From Eubacteriales bacterium (GTDB lineage Bacteria; Bacillota; Clostridia; Oscillospirales; QAKW01): a stretch of 60,517 nucleotides of DNA. The translations under genes and the position numbers were made by a program. Shown here one piece after another: positions 37,146 to 46,621 of the stretch. The stretch covers positions 1 to 60,517 of the forward strand of contig JAZNGR010000130.1 in NCBI GenBank assembly GCA_045576575.1. The letters are read 5' to 3'. Numbering within the stretch: position 1 is the stretch's first letter; each line of letters opens with the position of its first letter. Below the pieces are notes generated by a model. The model was not told the origin of the DNA and did not search any database. It was given only the letters and a program-made list of their open reading frames with translations.

Positions 37146-37859
37146 ATGGAACAACTGAAGTTTTCTTTAGAGGTTTTTGATGGTCCCTTGGAGCTACTGC
37201 TTCATTTGATCTCTAAAAACAAAGTTTCAATTTATGATATTCCCATTTCGCTGATCTTAGAGCAGTATATGGAGTATATTGAAGATCTTAAAAAGATGGA
37301 TCTTGAGGTTTCCAGTGCTTTTATTGAGATGGCGGCACAATTGATGCTGATTAAATCACGTATGCTTCTTCCTAAGGCTGAGGAAGAGGAGGAAGATCCT
37401 CGAATGAGCCTTGCTGAAGCATTGGCAGAATATAAGCGTTATAAAGCGATTCTCGGCAAGTTGAGAGAGGATCAGCAAAATGCCGGTATTACTTATGTGC
37501 GCCGCACAGAACATTTGGATTTTGATAAAAAGCATAAATTGACATATGAAACCAATACGCTGACCGAAGCATATCGCAATGTTTTACGTCGAAGTGCTCG
37601 CGCATTGCCTCCGCCGATCAAGAGTTTTCAGGGGATCGTTGGCAGACAAATTGCCAGTGTACCCGCTCGTATTGTTGGCGTGCTCAGGATGTTAAAACGT
37701 CAGGTGACCTGTAGTTTCCGAAGCTTGTTTAAGTCAGCGAAGAATCGCTCGGAAATTGTGGCAACATTTTTGGCAGTGCTGGAACTTTCCAAATCCAAGC
37801 ATGTAGAGATGGAAAATCGGAGCGATGATCTCTATCTCACCTTTAAGAAGGAGAAATAA
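37146..37859 (+). CDS. scpA: Segregation and condensation protein A
   Basis: 237 aa. FDGPLELLLHLISKNKVSIYDIPISLILEQY. Confidence 0.92.
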   Translation: MEQLKFSLEVFDGPLELLLHLISKNKVSIYDIPISLILEQYMEYIEDLKKMDLEVSSAFIEMAAQLMLIKSRMLLPKAEEEEEDPRMSLAEALAEYKRYKAILGKLREDQQNAGITYVRRTEHLDFDKKHKLTYETNTLTEAYRNVLRRSARALPPPIKSFQGIVGRQIASVPARIVGVLRMLKRQVTCSFRSLFKSAKNRSEIVATFLAVLELSKSKHVEMENRSDDLYLTFKKEK

Positions 37860-37860
37860 C

Positions 37861-38463
37861 ATGGAATTGAATTATATCAGCGGAGCGGTGGAGTCTATCC
37901 TTTTTGCCAGCGGTGAGCCCATTGAACGGAAAAAGTTGGCAGAAGTTCTCGAAATTGAAGGCGAACGGGTGGATATGATCATCGACGAGCTTCGTGAGAG
38001 TTATAAGAATGAGAACCGCGGTTTTGAGATTTTAAAATTAGACAATACTTATCAGATGTGTTCTTCTCCTTATTACGGGGAGATCACCAAGAAGGCGCTG
38101 GATCATCGGAGAAATACGCCTCTTTCCAATGCGGCTTTGGAGATTTTGTCTATCGTTGCTTATAATCAGCCGGTGACTAAGGCGTATGTGGAGCAAATCC
38201 GCGGAGTGGATTGCTTTTATGGTATCAATGCGTTGGTGGAAAAAGGCTTGATTGAAGAAAAGGGAAGAATGGATGCCCCCGGAAGACCTTGGCTTTATGG
38301 TACAACAGCGGATTTCCTTCGTTGCTTTGGTCTGCAGTCTTTGGAGCAACTTCCGGAACTCCCTCGCTTGGAATTACCGGGCGATGAAGTGGAAGGTCAG
38401 CAGTCTTTCGATGATGTTTTAAGCGAAGCGGAGGACCCTGCCGCTGAAGAAGCATTGGTATGA
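37861..38463 (+). CDS. scpB: Segregation and condensation protein B
   Basis: ESILFASGEPI, SNAALEILSIVAYNQPVTKAYVEQIRGV and GRPWLYGTT. Start taken at the ATG at 37861. Confidence 0.92.
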   Translation: MELNYISGAVESILFASGEPIERKKLAEVLEIEGERVDMIIDELRESYKNENRGFEILKLDNTYQMCSSPYYGEITKKALDHRRNTPLSNAALEILSIVAYNQPVTKAYVEQIRGVDCFYGINALVEKGLIEEKGRMDAPGRPWLYGTTADFLRCFGLQSLEQLPELPRLELPGDEVEGQQSFDDVLSEAEDPAAEEALV

Positions 38464-39014
38464 AAGTCTTTTTGATCGTAGCGGCAATTTTGCTCTTCTT
38501 GCTTTTTATGCCCTTGACCCTGCAGATCTCTTATCTGAAAGAGGTGCAGGTGCGAGCAGGGATCTTTTACCCGTTTTTGACGGTGTTTGCAACGGGAAGA
38601 CCGAAAAAAGAAAAGAAAAAGAAGGAAAAACCGCAAAAAGAGAAAGCGCCTATTGACAAGCGGTTGCTTTGGGATCTGATCAAGCGGATCCCCGGCCATA
38701 TGCGCCGATTATTAACAGTGACAAAGCTAAAATTGCGCGTATCGGTAGGTCACGAAGATCCCGGTGATCTTGCGCTGATCTATGGAAGCGCCAATGCAGT
38801 TTTAGATACGGCGGCAGCTGCTTTAGCGCCGATTTATCCGCGCGAGAAATGGGATGTTGCGATCCTTGCCGATTTTGATTCCACCCAAACAACGGTGGAG
38901 GGCATCGCCCGCGCCTATACAAATTTATGGCGAATCATTTATGTATTGATTTCTTTGGTGTTTTGCGGTATACTATCATTAAGTAAGTCCGAAGGAGAGG
39001 AAAATAATGGATAA
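38460..39014 (+). CDS. ytfI: DUF2953/YtfI-like sporulation membrane protein
   Basis: 184 aa. N-terminal TM, a Lys-rich linker (KKEKKKKEKPQKEK), and a position immediately upstream of ytfJ. Confidence 0.55.
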   Translation: MKVFLIVAAILLFLLFMPLTLQISYLKEVQVRAGIFYPFLTVFATGRPKKEKKKKEKPQKEKAPIDKRLLWDLIKRIPGHMRRLLTVTKLKLRVSVGHEDPGDLALIYGSANAVLDTAAAALAPIYPREKWDVAILADFDSTQTTVEGIARAYTNLWRIIYVLISLVFCGILSLSKSEGEENNG

Positions 39015-39387
39015 TAAAGTTGAAACGGTATTGAACGGTGCCTTAGATGGCTTGAAAAAGCTTGTAGATGTGGATACGGTGATCGGTGATCCCATCAAAG
39101 CTACCGATGATATTACGTTGATTCCCATTTCTAAGGTCTCTTGCGGCTTTGTGAGCGGCGGGAGCGGTTTCGGCGCGCAAAAAGATCATTTTGGCGGCGG
39201 TGCCGGCGGTAGCGTTAAGGTTACTCCTGTTTGCTTTTTGGTGATCCGCGGCGATAATATCCGCATGCTTCCCGTTTCCGAATCGGAATCCGGCGCTGAA
39301 AAACTAATTGATATGGTTCCGGAAGTAATCGACAAGATTTCCGGTCTGATTAAGAAAAAAGAAGATTCCGTTGAGGAAGAGGTATAA
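39007..39387 (+). CDS. ytfJ: Sporulation protein YtfJ/GerW
   Basis: 126 aa. VIGDPIKATDDITLIPISKVSCGFVSGGSGFG and GGGAGGSVKVTPV. Confidence 0.85.
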   Translation: MDNKVETVLNGALDGLKKLVDVDTVIGDPIKATDDITLIPISKVSCGFVSGGSGFGAQKDHFGGGAGGSVKVTPVCFLVIRGDNIRMLPVSESESGAEKLIDMVPEVIDKISGLIKKKEDSVEEEV

Positions 39388-39394
39388 TCATTCA

Positions 39395-39430
39395 TCACCC
39401 GCCCGTATAAATAGGGCGGGTGATTTTTTT
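39395..39430 (+). terminator. Terminator after ytfJ
   Basis: TCACCCGCCC / GGGCGGGTGA stem followed by TTTTTTT. Confidence 0.8.
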
Positions 39431-39437
39431 GAAAAGA

Positions 39438-40526
39438 ATGATTTTATTTATACTGGTTTTCCTGCTCGTATTTACTGTTTGCCCTGTGGTTTCGGCATCG
39501 GGCGGTGCTTTTTTAATTATGGATGGACGAACCAAAACCGTACTCGAAGCAGAAAACGGGGAGATGCGTTTGCCAATGGCAAGCACAACAAAGGTGATGA
39601 CCGCGTTAATTGTTTTGAATACAGTAAATCTTTCTGATGTTGTTACCATTCCTGCAGAGTCGGTGGGAATCGAGGGATCCTCGCTTTATATTAAGACGGG
39701 GGAAACCTATACGGTTGAAGAACTTTTATATGGGTTGATGCTTCGTTCAGCAAACGACTGTGCGGTAGCTTTGGCAATTTTTGTCGGAGAAACAGAAGAA
39801 GGATTTGTGCAACTCATGAATCAAAAGGCGCGTGACATGGGGTTGGAAAATACCCATTTTTCAAACCCCAATGGGTTACCGGCAGAGGCGCATTATACCA
39901 CCGCTCGTGATCTGGCTTTGATAATGATTGAAGCGATGAAAAACGAGAGTTTTCGTACGATTACCGCAAGTAAAAGTTATAAAATCAAAGATCAAACTAT
40001 TGTGAATCATAATAAATTATTAACGCTATATGGCGCATGTATTGGCGGGAAAACGGGATATACAATGAGCGCGGGGCGTTGCTTGGTGACAGCGGCACAA
40101 AAGGACGGGAGTCCTCTGATCTGTGTGACGCTTGGCAGGCGGAATGATTGGAATATCCATACCTCCGCTTACGAAAAATGGTTTAATTCGATTGAAAGTG
40201 TGGTTATAGAAGATAAAGAAGCGTTTGGAGTCAATCTCAATATCGCGGGGGGAGGATTGGCTCGCGCAGTTAATTGTGATCAGGTGACGTTCAACTTTTT
40301 TGCTTATGATGGTTCTGTAGAGAGGCGAGTGGTTGCATCACCGTTTATTTATGGAAATAAAGAGGCTGGCGATGTGGTTGGAACGGTGGAATACTGGTAT
40401 CAAGATGTTAAAATTGCTGAAAGTCCACTGGTATTGGAACAGGCGGTTGAGGTTACGGTGAAAAAAGAGTTGTTTATCTCTCGAATATTTCGATTTTTTC
40501 GCCGATTATTCTTGAAAAACCGCTAA
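39438..40526 (+). CDS. Serine-type D-Ala-D-Ala carboxypeptidase (S11, DacB/DacF-like)
   Basis: Signal peptide, SxxK ASTTKVMT, SxN RSANDCA, KTG GKTGYT. The start is uncertain: TTG at 39429 (MKRMILF) or ATG at 39438. The GTG at 39420 lies inside the upstream terminator. Confidence 0.88.
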   Translation: MILFILVFLLVFTVCPVVSASGGAFLIMDGRTKTVLEAENGEMRLPMASTTKVMTALIVLNTVNLSDVVTIPAESVGIEGSSLYIKTGETYTVEELLYGLMLRSANDCAVALAIFVGETEEGFVQLMNQKARDMGLENTHFSNPNGLPAEAHYTTARDLALIMIEAMKNESFRTITASKSYKIKDQTIVNHNKLLTLYGACIGGKTGYTMSAGRCLVTAAQKDGSPLICVTLGRRNDWNIHTSAYEKWFNSIESVVIEDKEAFGVNLNIAGGGLARAVNCDQVTFNFFAYDGSVERRVVASPFIYGNKEAGDVVGTVEYWYQDVKIAESPLVLEQAVEVTVKKELFISRIFRFFRRLFLKNR

Positions 40527-40567
40527 AAAAAAGGTACAATAGAAGAAATAAAAGAAAAGAGATTGAT

Positions 40568-41296
40568 ATGCAAGAAAAAACAATTAGAATTCAAAAATAT
40601 ATCGCAGATTGCGGGATCTGTTCTCGTCGTGCCGCCGAGGCTCTGATCGAGAGCGGAAGAGTGACCTTGAACGGCAACCCGGTTCATCTTGGAGATAAGA
40701 CCGACGGAGATAAAGATTTGGTGCGAATTGATGGAAAAGTCATTAAGCCGCAGATTCGCAATAAAGTGACGATCATGCTTTATAAGCCGCGTGGATATGT
40801 GACCACTATGAGCGATGAGCAGGGAAGAAAGTGTGTGGCTGATTTGGTTCGCAAAGAACGTGTACGTGTTTATCCTGTTGGTCGCTTAGACAAGGATAGT
40901 GAAGGGCTCCTGCTTTTGACCAATGATGGTGAACTTGCCAATAAATTGACCCACCCGCGGAATAATATCCCTAAAACCTATCGAGTGATTGTGCGCGGTG
41001 CTATTCATCGGGAGCACATTAAGGCTTTTGAAACCGGAATTTATATTGCGGAAGATGACTATACGACCCGTTCGGCAGATATCGAGATTCTGGAAGCAAA
41101 GGAAGATCGCACGGTCTTCTATTTGACTCTTTACGAAGGGAAAAATCGCGAGATCCGTAAAATGTGTAATGCTTTGGGTTTGGAAGTTCTTCGTTTGAAG
41201 CGGGATAAATTGGCAGATTTGTCCATTGGAACCCTGCGTGCGGGTCAGTATCGTGTTCTGACGCAAAAAGAATTGGATTATTTATATAGTTTGTGA
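40568..41296 (+). CDS. rluB: 23S rRNA pseudouridine synthase, RluB/RsuA family
   Basis: 242 aa. S4 domain (IRIQKYIADCGICSRRAAEALI) and the catalytic motif VGRLDKDSEGLLLLTNDG. Confidence 0.9.
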   Translation: MQEKTIRIQKYIADCGICSRRAAEALIESGRVTLNGNPVHLGDKTDGDKDLVRIDGKVIKPQIRNKVTIMLYKPRGYVTTMSDEQGRKCVADLVRKERVRVYPVGRLDKDSEGLLLLTNDGELANKLTHPRNNIPKTYRVIVRGAIHREHIKAFETGIYIAEDDYTTRSADIEILEAKEDRTVFYLTLYEGKNREIRKMCNALGLEVLRLKRDKLADLSIGTLRAGQYRVLTQKELDYLYSL

Positions 41297-41309
41297 TAAG
41301 GAGCCGTAT

Positions 41310-41936
41310 ATGAAAAAGTTTGCAGCGTTATTGCTTATATTGGCAACGCTCATTTCATTGTCCGCATGCAATATTCCCATTATCAGCGACTTTATTAAGA
41401 GTGACAGCAGTCTCGGAAAAACCAATAATACTGCAGTTACCATTGCGGCGGCAATGAATGAATATTTAAAAGCGAAAAATAAAGAAGATATGGTTCTTTA
41501 TGGCATTGAGATGGCGCTCAATGCCGATGGAAACGGAACGGTGCTTTTATATTACACCGCCGCTCTGCCGGAATCTGCTGAGTATTCTGATATCTATGTT
41601 GCGGAAGTGGATTCTAAAACAGGGCACGTTCAGCGCTTTTCAAATGCAAACTACACCAACGATGGAATTGTGCCTTACCAGATGGTAAAGGAAGGGCAAG
41701 TGGTTCGAGTTGATTCTTTGCCCATTGATAGTGGGAAAGCAATCTCAAACGGTGTAAAGGCCTTTAGCGGAAATCAGGATTTTCAATATGATTACATTGA
41801 GATCGCGATTTTTAGTTCCAATGGCTTGGAGCAATATGAGATTCGCTTTATTTCCATGTTAAATGATTTGGTTTATTACTGTACTGTAGATGGGGTTTCC
41901 GGCGCGGTGTTGGCATCGTCTACCGGCGCGCTATAA
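41310..41936 (+). CDS. Lipoprotein with a PepSY-like C-terminus (hypothetical)
   Basis: 208 aa. Lipobox LISLSAC. The C-terminal YYCTVDGVSGAVL resembles the PepSY fold signature. Good RBS TAAGGAG. Confidence 0.65.
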   Translation: MKKFAALLLILATLISLSACNIPIISDFIKSDSSLGKTNNTAVTIAAAMNEYLKAKNKEDMVLYGIEMALNADGNGTVLLYYTAALPESAEYSDIYVAEVDSKTGHVQRFSNANYTNDGIVPYQMVKEGQVVRVDSLPIDSGKAISNGVKAFSGNQDFQYDYIEIAIFSSNGLEQYEIRFISMLNDLVYYCTVDGVSGAVLASSTGAL

Positions 41937-41949
41937 GAAAGAGGATTAT

Positions 41950-42399
41950 ATGAAAAAAGCATTGTGTTTATGTTTGACTGTAATGCTGTTTTTGATGAGC
42001 AGTTGCAGCTTTAAAGTAAAAAATGACACCATTCATATCCCTGAAAAAATGGTGAGTACAATCGAACTACAGCGAGAGTATGTGAGTGAAGATGGAACTG
42101 TTTTTTATCGGTCTAAAGTGGTCAACAGCATGGAGGATGTGGAAAAGATCTGCAATAGGATCCGCAGCCTTCCGGCAGAAAAAGTTCCCGCCGGAGAAGC
42201 GGCGGCTATTCATTCTACACCGCTGATCATCATTTTGTATAGTGAGATTGAGCATCGTTTAATCCTCAATGAAGAAATGGCATTTTTTGATCAAATGGCA
42301 TATAATTACACCAAATCCGGTACCTTTGAAAAGTTTTTGGAACTTTATGATAACTTGGCATACGAGGAAAATGATACAGAAGCGAAGCCGCTTGGATAA
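41950..42399 (+). CDS. Hypothetical lipoprotein
   Basis: 149 aa from the ATG at 41950 (AAGAGGA RBS). Lipobox FLMSSC. No recognisable family. Confidence 0.6.
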   Translation: MKKALCLCLTVMLFLMSSCSFKVKNDTIHIPEKMVSTIELQREYVSEDGTVFYRSKVVNSMEDVEKICNRIRSLPAEKVPAGEAAAIHSTPLIIILYSEIEHRLILNEEMAFFDQMAYNYTKSGTFEKFLELYDNLAYEENDTEAKPLG

Positions 42400-42403
42400 G
42401 TTC

Positions 42404-42436
42404 AAAAAGTCTTATACATTTGTATAAGACTTTTTG
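42404..42436 (+). terminator. Terminator after the lipoprotein pair
   Basis: AAAAAGTCTTATACA / TGTATAAGACTTTTT hairpin. Confidence 0.8.
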
Positions 42437-42473
42437 CATAAAATGAGGCAGATATACAATTTAAGGAGAATCA

Positions 42474-45281
42474 ATGAAGAAAATAGGAATCGTTATCTGC
42501 ATATGGAGTTTAATGCTTACCCTTTTGCCGTTTCAGGCAGAAGCAACGGCACCGGAAGTCCGCGCTTGCTGGGTGGCGTCGGTGGGAAATTTGGATTTTC
42601 CATCGAAAATGGGGCTTTCAACTCAAGCAATGAAAAATGAGATTGATGCCATTGTTGAAAACTGCTCGGAAATCGGCTTGAATACCATCTATTTTCAGGT
42701 GCGTCCGACCGGAGATGCGTTATATCGCTCTGAAATCTTTCCTTGGAGTACATATCTTACAGGAAGGCAAGGGGTTGCACCGGCCGAAGGATTTGATCCT
42801 TTGGAGTATTTCATCAAAAAAGCCCATAGGTCCAATATTCAACTGCATGCATGGATCAATCCTTATCGAATCGGAACCGGAACGAATGTTTGGAACCGTC
42901 TTTCGCCGGATAATCCCGCTGTCCTTCATCCGGAATATACAGTTACAACAGCGGACGGGCTCTATTATAATCCGGGTCTGCCTGAGGTTCGAAAATTGAT
43001 TCTGGACGGAGTGGAAGAGATTGCTCAAAACTACGAGATTGACGGAATCCACTTTGATGATTATTTTTATCCCTATAATAATGCTGATTTTGACGATGCC
43101 GATGCCTACGCGGTCTATGGGAATGGACGTTCTTTGGCAGATTTTCGTCGTGATTCGGTAGATCAATTGGTCAGCAAAGTTCGAAAGGTGATTAAAAAAC
43201 ACCGAAAAGATGCACAATTTGGGATCAGCCCCTTTGGAATTTGGGCAAATAAATGGGTTCATCCTGCGGGAAGTAATACCACCGGTTTGAGCGCTTATTC
43301 CGATATTTATGCCGACAGTAAAAAATGGGTGGAAGAAGGCTGGCTGGATTATATATGCCCGCAGTTATATTGGAGTTTCGATCATAAAGCGGCGCCTTTT
43401 GCGGTGTTGGCGGATTGGTGGGATACTCTTTGCAAGAAAAACGATGTAAAATTATTGATCGGTTTGGCGCTTTATAAAGTCGGAACAGACGAAGTGGGCT
43501 TTGATGATGGCTCTATTATGAATCGCCAACTTCACTATATTTCTAAAAAGAAAAGTTATGCAGGGCATTGCTTTTTTCGCTATGGAACGATCCTTGAAAA
43601 CCCCTTGGGAGCGGTGGATGGGATTCTTTCCTATTACAGAGGGGAAGAGCCGATTCAAGAAAATGAGAATGGTTTTCTGAACACTTCGGTAGAATCTATT
43701 CGTCCCATTGAATTATCAGCGGCCAGTGAATTAAAGATCACCTCTCCCGAAAGCGGTATTACTGTAAATACAGGCGGAATCTCTGTAACGGGAACAGCCC
43801 CTGCCGGGCAAAGTGTAACAGTCAATGGTGTTAAGGCAGTAACAAATTCTTATGGCTTGTTTGCTGCATATGTTCCGCTTTCAAAGGGAAATAATCGGAT
43901 TACGGTGATATCCGGCAGTGCGCAAAAAAGTATCGTTGTTGTCTATGATGAACCCTCGCCGATTGCTGAGATACAAAGTGCATATCCAAGCGGCGAAATT
44001 CATCGTGGTTCAGGAGAAACACTGACCATTCAGGTGCAAGCGCCGGCAGGGTCTTCAGTTATATTTCAAAATCAATGGATATCCATTCCGCTTTCTCCGT
44101 CAAAGAGTGATCCGTGCTTTTATCAAGGGGAGTGGACGATGCCGTCCTTACCGCAGGGGGGGACCCTCTTGTTGGATGGATTCTCATATATTTCATCATT
44201 GGGTGGACAAACCAATGAACTTAAAACCGATTTGGTGGTTCATCTATATTCCGATGGATATCAAAGTCAAATGGAACTGCAAACCGATGCTTATATTTTT
44301 GACCAAAGCGTTGATGGATCGCAGATGGATCATGATCCGCTGCGTCTTGGAACAGAACTGACGATATGTGGGCTGGAAGGAACCCGGGCACTGTTGGAAA
44401 ACGGTTTTTGGGTCGAACAATCTACATTGGGGACAGATTCTCAGGCGGCAGAAGAACCGTTGGATTATCAATATGAGCGTGTGGTAATCTCTTGCAAAGA
44501 TGATTTTTCTTATTATACGGAATACAATGCTTCGTCGCTGGAACTCTTTCTGAGAATCGGGCAGAAGGAGGAAATAGAGGTTGATGTTGATCATCGAGAT
44601 CTTTTGGTGAGATTAGAGCGGCATTCGCAAAATAGTACCGTTTCTGTAACATCGGCTTCGGGGCGCGTTTTGGCAGGTTATGAAGTATATCTGCAAAAAA
44701 ACAGAATCACCTTATTTCTACGGTATCATACAGGAGATTTGGAAGGAAAACGTGTTCTATTGGATGTTGGGCATGGAGGAGATGATGCAGGCGCTCTCGG
44801 TGCAGGCGGTGATGAATACCCCACCGAAAGTGATTTAAATCTTGTTTTTGCAAAATACCTCTATGAAGAATTAACTGATGCCGGAGCAGAGGTGACATTG
44901 ATGGAGGCGGGGCATGAAACTTTATCTCTGGATACTCGAGTGGATTTGGCGGAGAATCACGGTCCCGATCTCTTTGTTTCAATTCATCATAATTCGACCG
45001 ATCAATGCAGTGATTTTACCAAAGCAACCGGCGGTTTGGTATTATACTCCTCTCCGCTTTCTGCTTCTCTTGCCGAATGGGTGGCTGAGGAGCCGACTTC
45101 CTACCGGCGCCAAAGTCTTCGCGTTTGCCGCCAAACCAAATATCCAGCGATCATGCTGGAAGTTGGTTATTTATGCAATCCGCTTGAATATGAAATGCTT
45201 TGCGATGAGGATAAAGCCAGAGAAATTGCAGAAAATACCGTTGAGCGGTTGCAATCGTTTTTTGTAACAAAATGTTCATGA
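42474..45281 (+). CDS. Secreted multidomain protein: GHL10 (YngK/DUF187-type glycoside-hydrolase-like) N-terminus fused to a C-terminal N-acetylmuramoyl-L-alanine amidase (Amidase_3)
   Basis: 935 aa. Signal peptide, then GHL10-like RACWVASVGNLDFPS...NTIYFQVRP...HAWINPYR...IDGIHFDDYFYP, a central beta-rich region, and C-terminal VLLDVGHGGDDAGALG...SIHHNS. Confidence 0.85.
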   Translation: MKKIGIVICIWSLMLTLLPFQAEATAPEVRACWVASVGNLDFPSKMGLSTQAMKNEIDAIVENCSEIGLNTIYFQVRPTGDALYRSEIFPWSTYLTGRQGVAPAEGFDPLEYFIKKAHRSNIQLHAWINPYRIGTGTNVWNRLSPDNPAVLHPEYTVTTADGLYYNPGLPEVRKLILDGVEEIAQNYEIDGIHFDDYFYPYNNADFDDADAYAVYGNGRSLADFRRDSVDQLVSKVRKVIKKHRKDAQFGISPFGIWANKWVHPAGSNTTGLSAYSDIYADSKKWVEEGWLDYICPQLYWSFDHKAAPFAVLADWWDTLCKKNDVKLLIGLALYKVGTDEVGFDDGSIMNRQLHYISKKKSYAGHCFFRYGTILENPLGAVDGILSYYRGEEPIQENENGFLNTSVESIRPIELSAASELKITSPESGITVNTGGISVTGTAPAGQSVTVNGVKAVTNSYGLFAAYVPLSKGNNRITVISGSAQKSIVVVYDEPSPIAEIQSAYPSGEIHRGSGETLTIQVQAPAGSSVIFQNQWISIPLSPSKSDPCFYQGEWTMPSLPQGGTLLLDGFSYISSLGGQTNELKTDLVVHLYSDGYQSQMELQTDAYIFDQSVDGSQMDHDPLRLGTELTICGLEGTRALLENGFWVEQSTLGTDSQAAEEPLDYQYERVVISCKDDFSYYTEYNASSLELFLRIGQKEEIEVDVDHRDLLVRLERHSQNSTVSVTSASGRVLAGYEVYLQKNRITLFLRYHTGDLEGKRVLLDVGHGGDDAGALGAGGDEYPTESDLNLVFAKYLYEELTDAGAEVTLMEAGHETLSLDTRVDLAENHGPDLFVSIHHNSTDQCSDFTKATGGLVLYSSPLSASLAEWVAEEPTSYRRQSLRVCRQTKYPAIMLEVGYLCNPLEYEMLCDEDKAREIAENTVERLQSFFVTKCS

Positions 45282-45358
45282 ATTAATAAAAACCGATGCT
45301 TTTCTTTTTATAGTTTATATGATAAAATAAAGATTAAAGTAATATATAAGGAGTTCTC

Positions 45359-46621
45359 ATGAAATTCTATCAAGATCAGCCACGATCGGGCGTTATTTGT
45401 AATTATGGGATTGCGGATCATTTTAAAACCGGATATTTATCGGTGGATTTTTTGATGCCACTTTCAACCGAGAATGCCACAGCAATGTCCCTTCTCGCCG
45501 GTGTGTTCAGCCGCGGTTGCATGAAGTATCCTCAAATGGATTTGATCAGCCGCTATTTGGCGCGAAATTATGGAGCTTCCTTTTCAGTTAGTGCAAACAA
45601 AGCGGGTGAATTGGAAATTTTATCGTTTTCTTTCACCTATCTAAACAATGAATATGCCTTGGACCATGAGGATATCCAAGGCGCGATCCTTGATTTGTTT
45701 AAAGAAATGATCTTTCATCCTTTAGTTGAGAATGGCGGATTTTTGACTGAATATACGGAGCAAGAAAAGGCCAATCTTATGGATAAGATCAAAGGTCTTT
45801 TCAACGATAAGCGCGTCTATTCATTGGAACGATGCAAATCATTGATGTGCGATAATGAAGCTTATGGAATCCATGAAATGGGCGATATTGAGACCATTAA
45901 AAGTTTTGACCGCCGGTCTTTGTATTCCTTTTTCTCTAAGCTGATGCGGGAAGCCTTGGTGGTGATCACCTATATCGGAAAAGACGAAGGGACGTTTTTA
46001 AACGAACTTGCAGATAGGTTTGTCGAACGGTCGGAAAAGTTGCCGAAAACGGCGGTGGCTTTTGATCTACCCTCTGTGCGCGAGGTAGTTGAACCCATGG
46101 ATTTGAACCAAAGCAAACTAAATCTCGGATTTCGTTTGGGCAAATCTGCATTAGAAAATGGTGCCGCCTGCCGATTGTTTAATGTTCTTTACGGTGGCAG
46201 TGCTACTTCAAAACTCTTTTTGAATGTGCGCGAGAAGCTTTCTCTTTGCTATTATTGTTCTTCAACGGTGGACCGCTTTAAGAATGTGATGTTTGTATCC
46301 AGCGGTGTGGAGTCGGCAAAATATGAAGAGGCGCGTAAAGAGATTGAAGCGCAGCTTTCTGCCATTGCAAACGGAGCGGTTGCCGAAGAAGAGTTTGCCA
46401 ATGCAAAAGCATATTTGATTGATAGCATTTACGGATTATGCGATAGCGAGAGCGCATTGGCATCTTATATGCTTTCCGGAACAGTACGCGGCGAATTAAA
46501 GACGCCGGAGCAGGAAATTGAAGAAATTCAAATGGTGACCAAAGAAGAGGTCATTGCGATTGCAAAAGTGATCGCTTTGGATACGGTTTATTTATTGAAG
46601 GGAGTTCATAACGAACAATGA
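45359..46621 (+). CDS. M16-family peptidase-like protein lacking the HxxEH motif (probable non-catalytic partner)
   Basis: 420 aa. M16-like length, and it overlaps the next M16 gene (ATGATG junction). I found no HxxEH zinc motif by eye. Confidence 0.75.
   Translation: MKFYQDQPRSGVICNYGIADHFKTGYLSVDFLMPLSTENATAMSLLAGVFSRGCMKYPQMDLISRYLARNYGASFSVSANKAGELEILSFSFTYLNNEYALDHEDIQGAILDLFKEMIFHPLVENGGFLTEYTEQEKANLMDKIKGLFNDKRVYSLERCKSLMCDNEAYGIHEMGDIETIKSFDRRSLYSFFSKLMREALVVITYIGKDEGTFLNELADRFVERSEKLPKTAVAFDLPSVREVVEPMDLNQSKLNLGFRLGKSALENGAACRLFNVLYGGSATSKLFLNVREKLSLCYYCSSTVDRFKNVMFVSSGVESAKYEEARKEIEAQLSAIANGAVAEEEFANAKAYLIDSIYGLCDSESALASYMLSGTVRGELKTPEQEIEEIQMVTKEEVIAIAKVIALDTVYLLKGVHNEQ

Noticed and set aside
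38580-38650. A purine-rich AAG/AAA low-complexity tract as a possible regulatory or slippery element.
   Set aside because: It lies in frame within the YtfI-like CDS, encoding the Lys/Glu-rich linker KKEKKKKEKPQKEK. It has no homopolymer run long enough to suggest phase variation.
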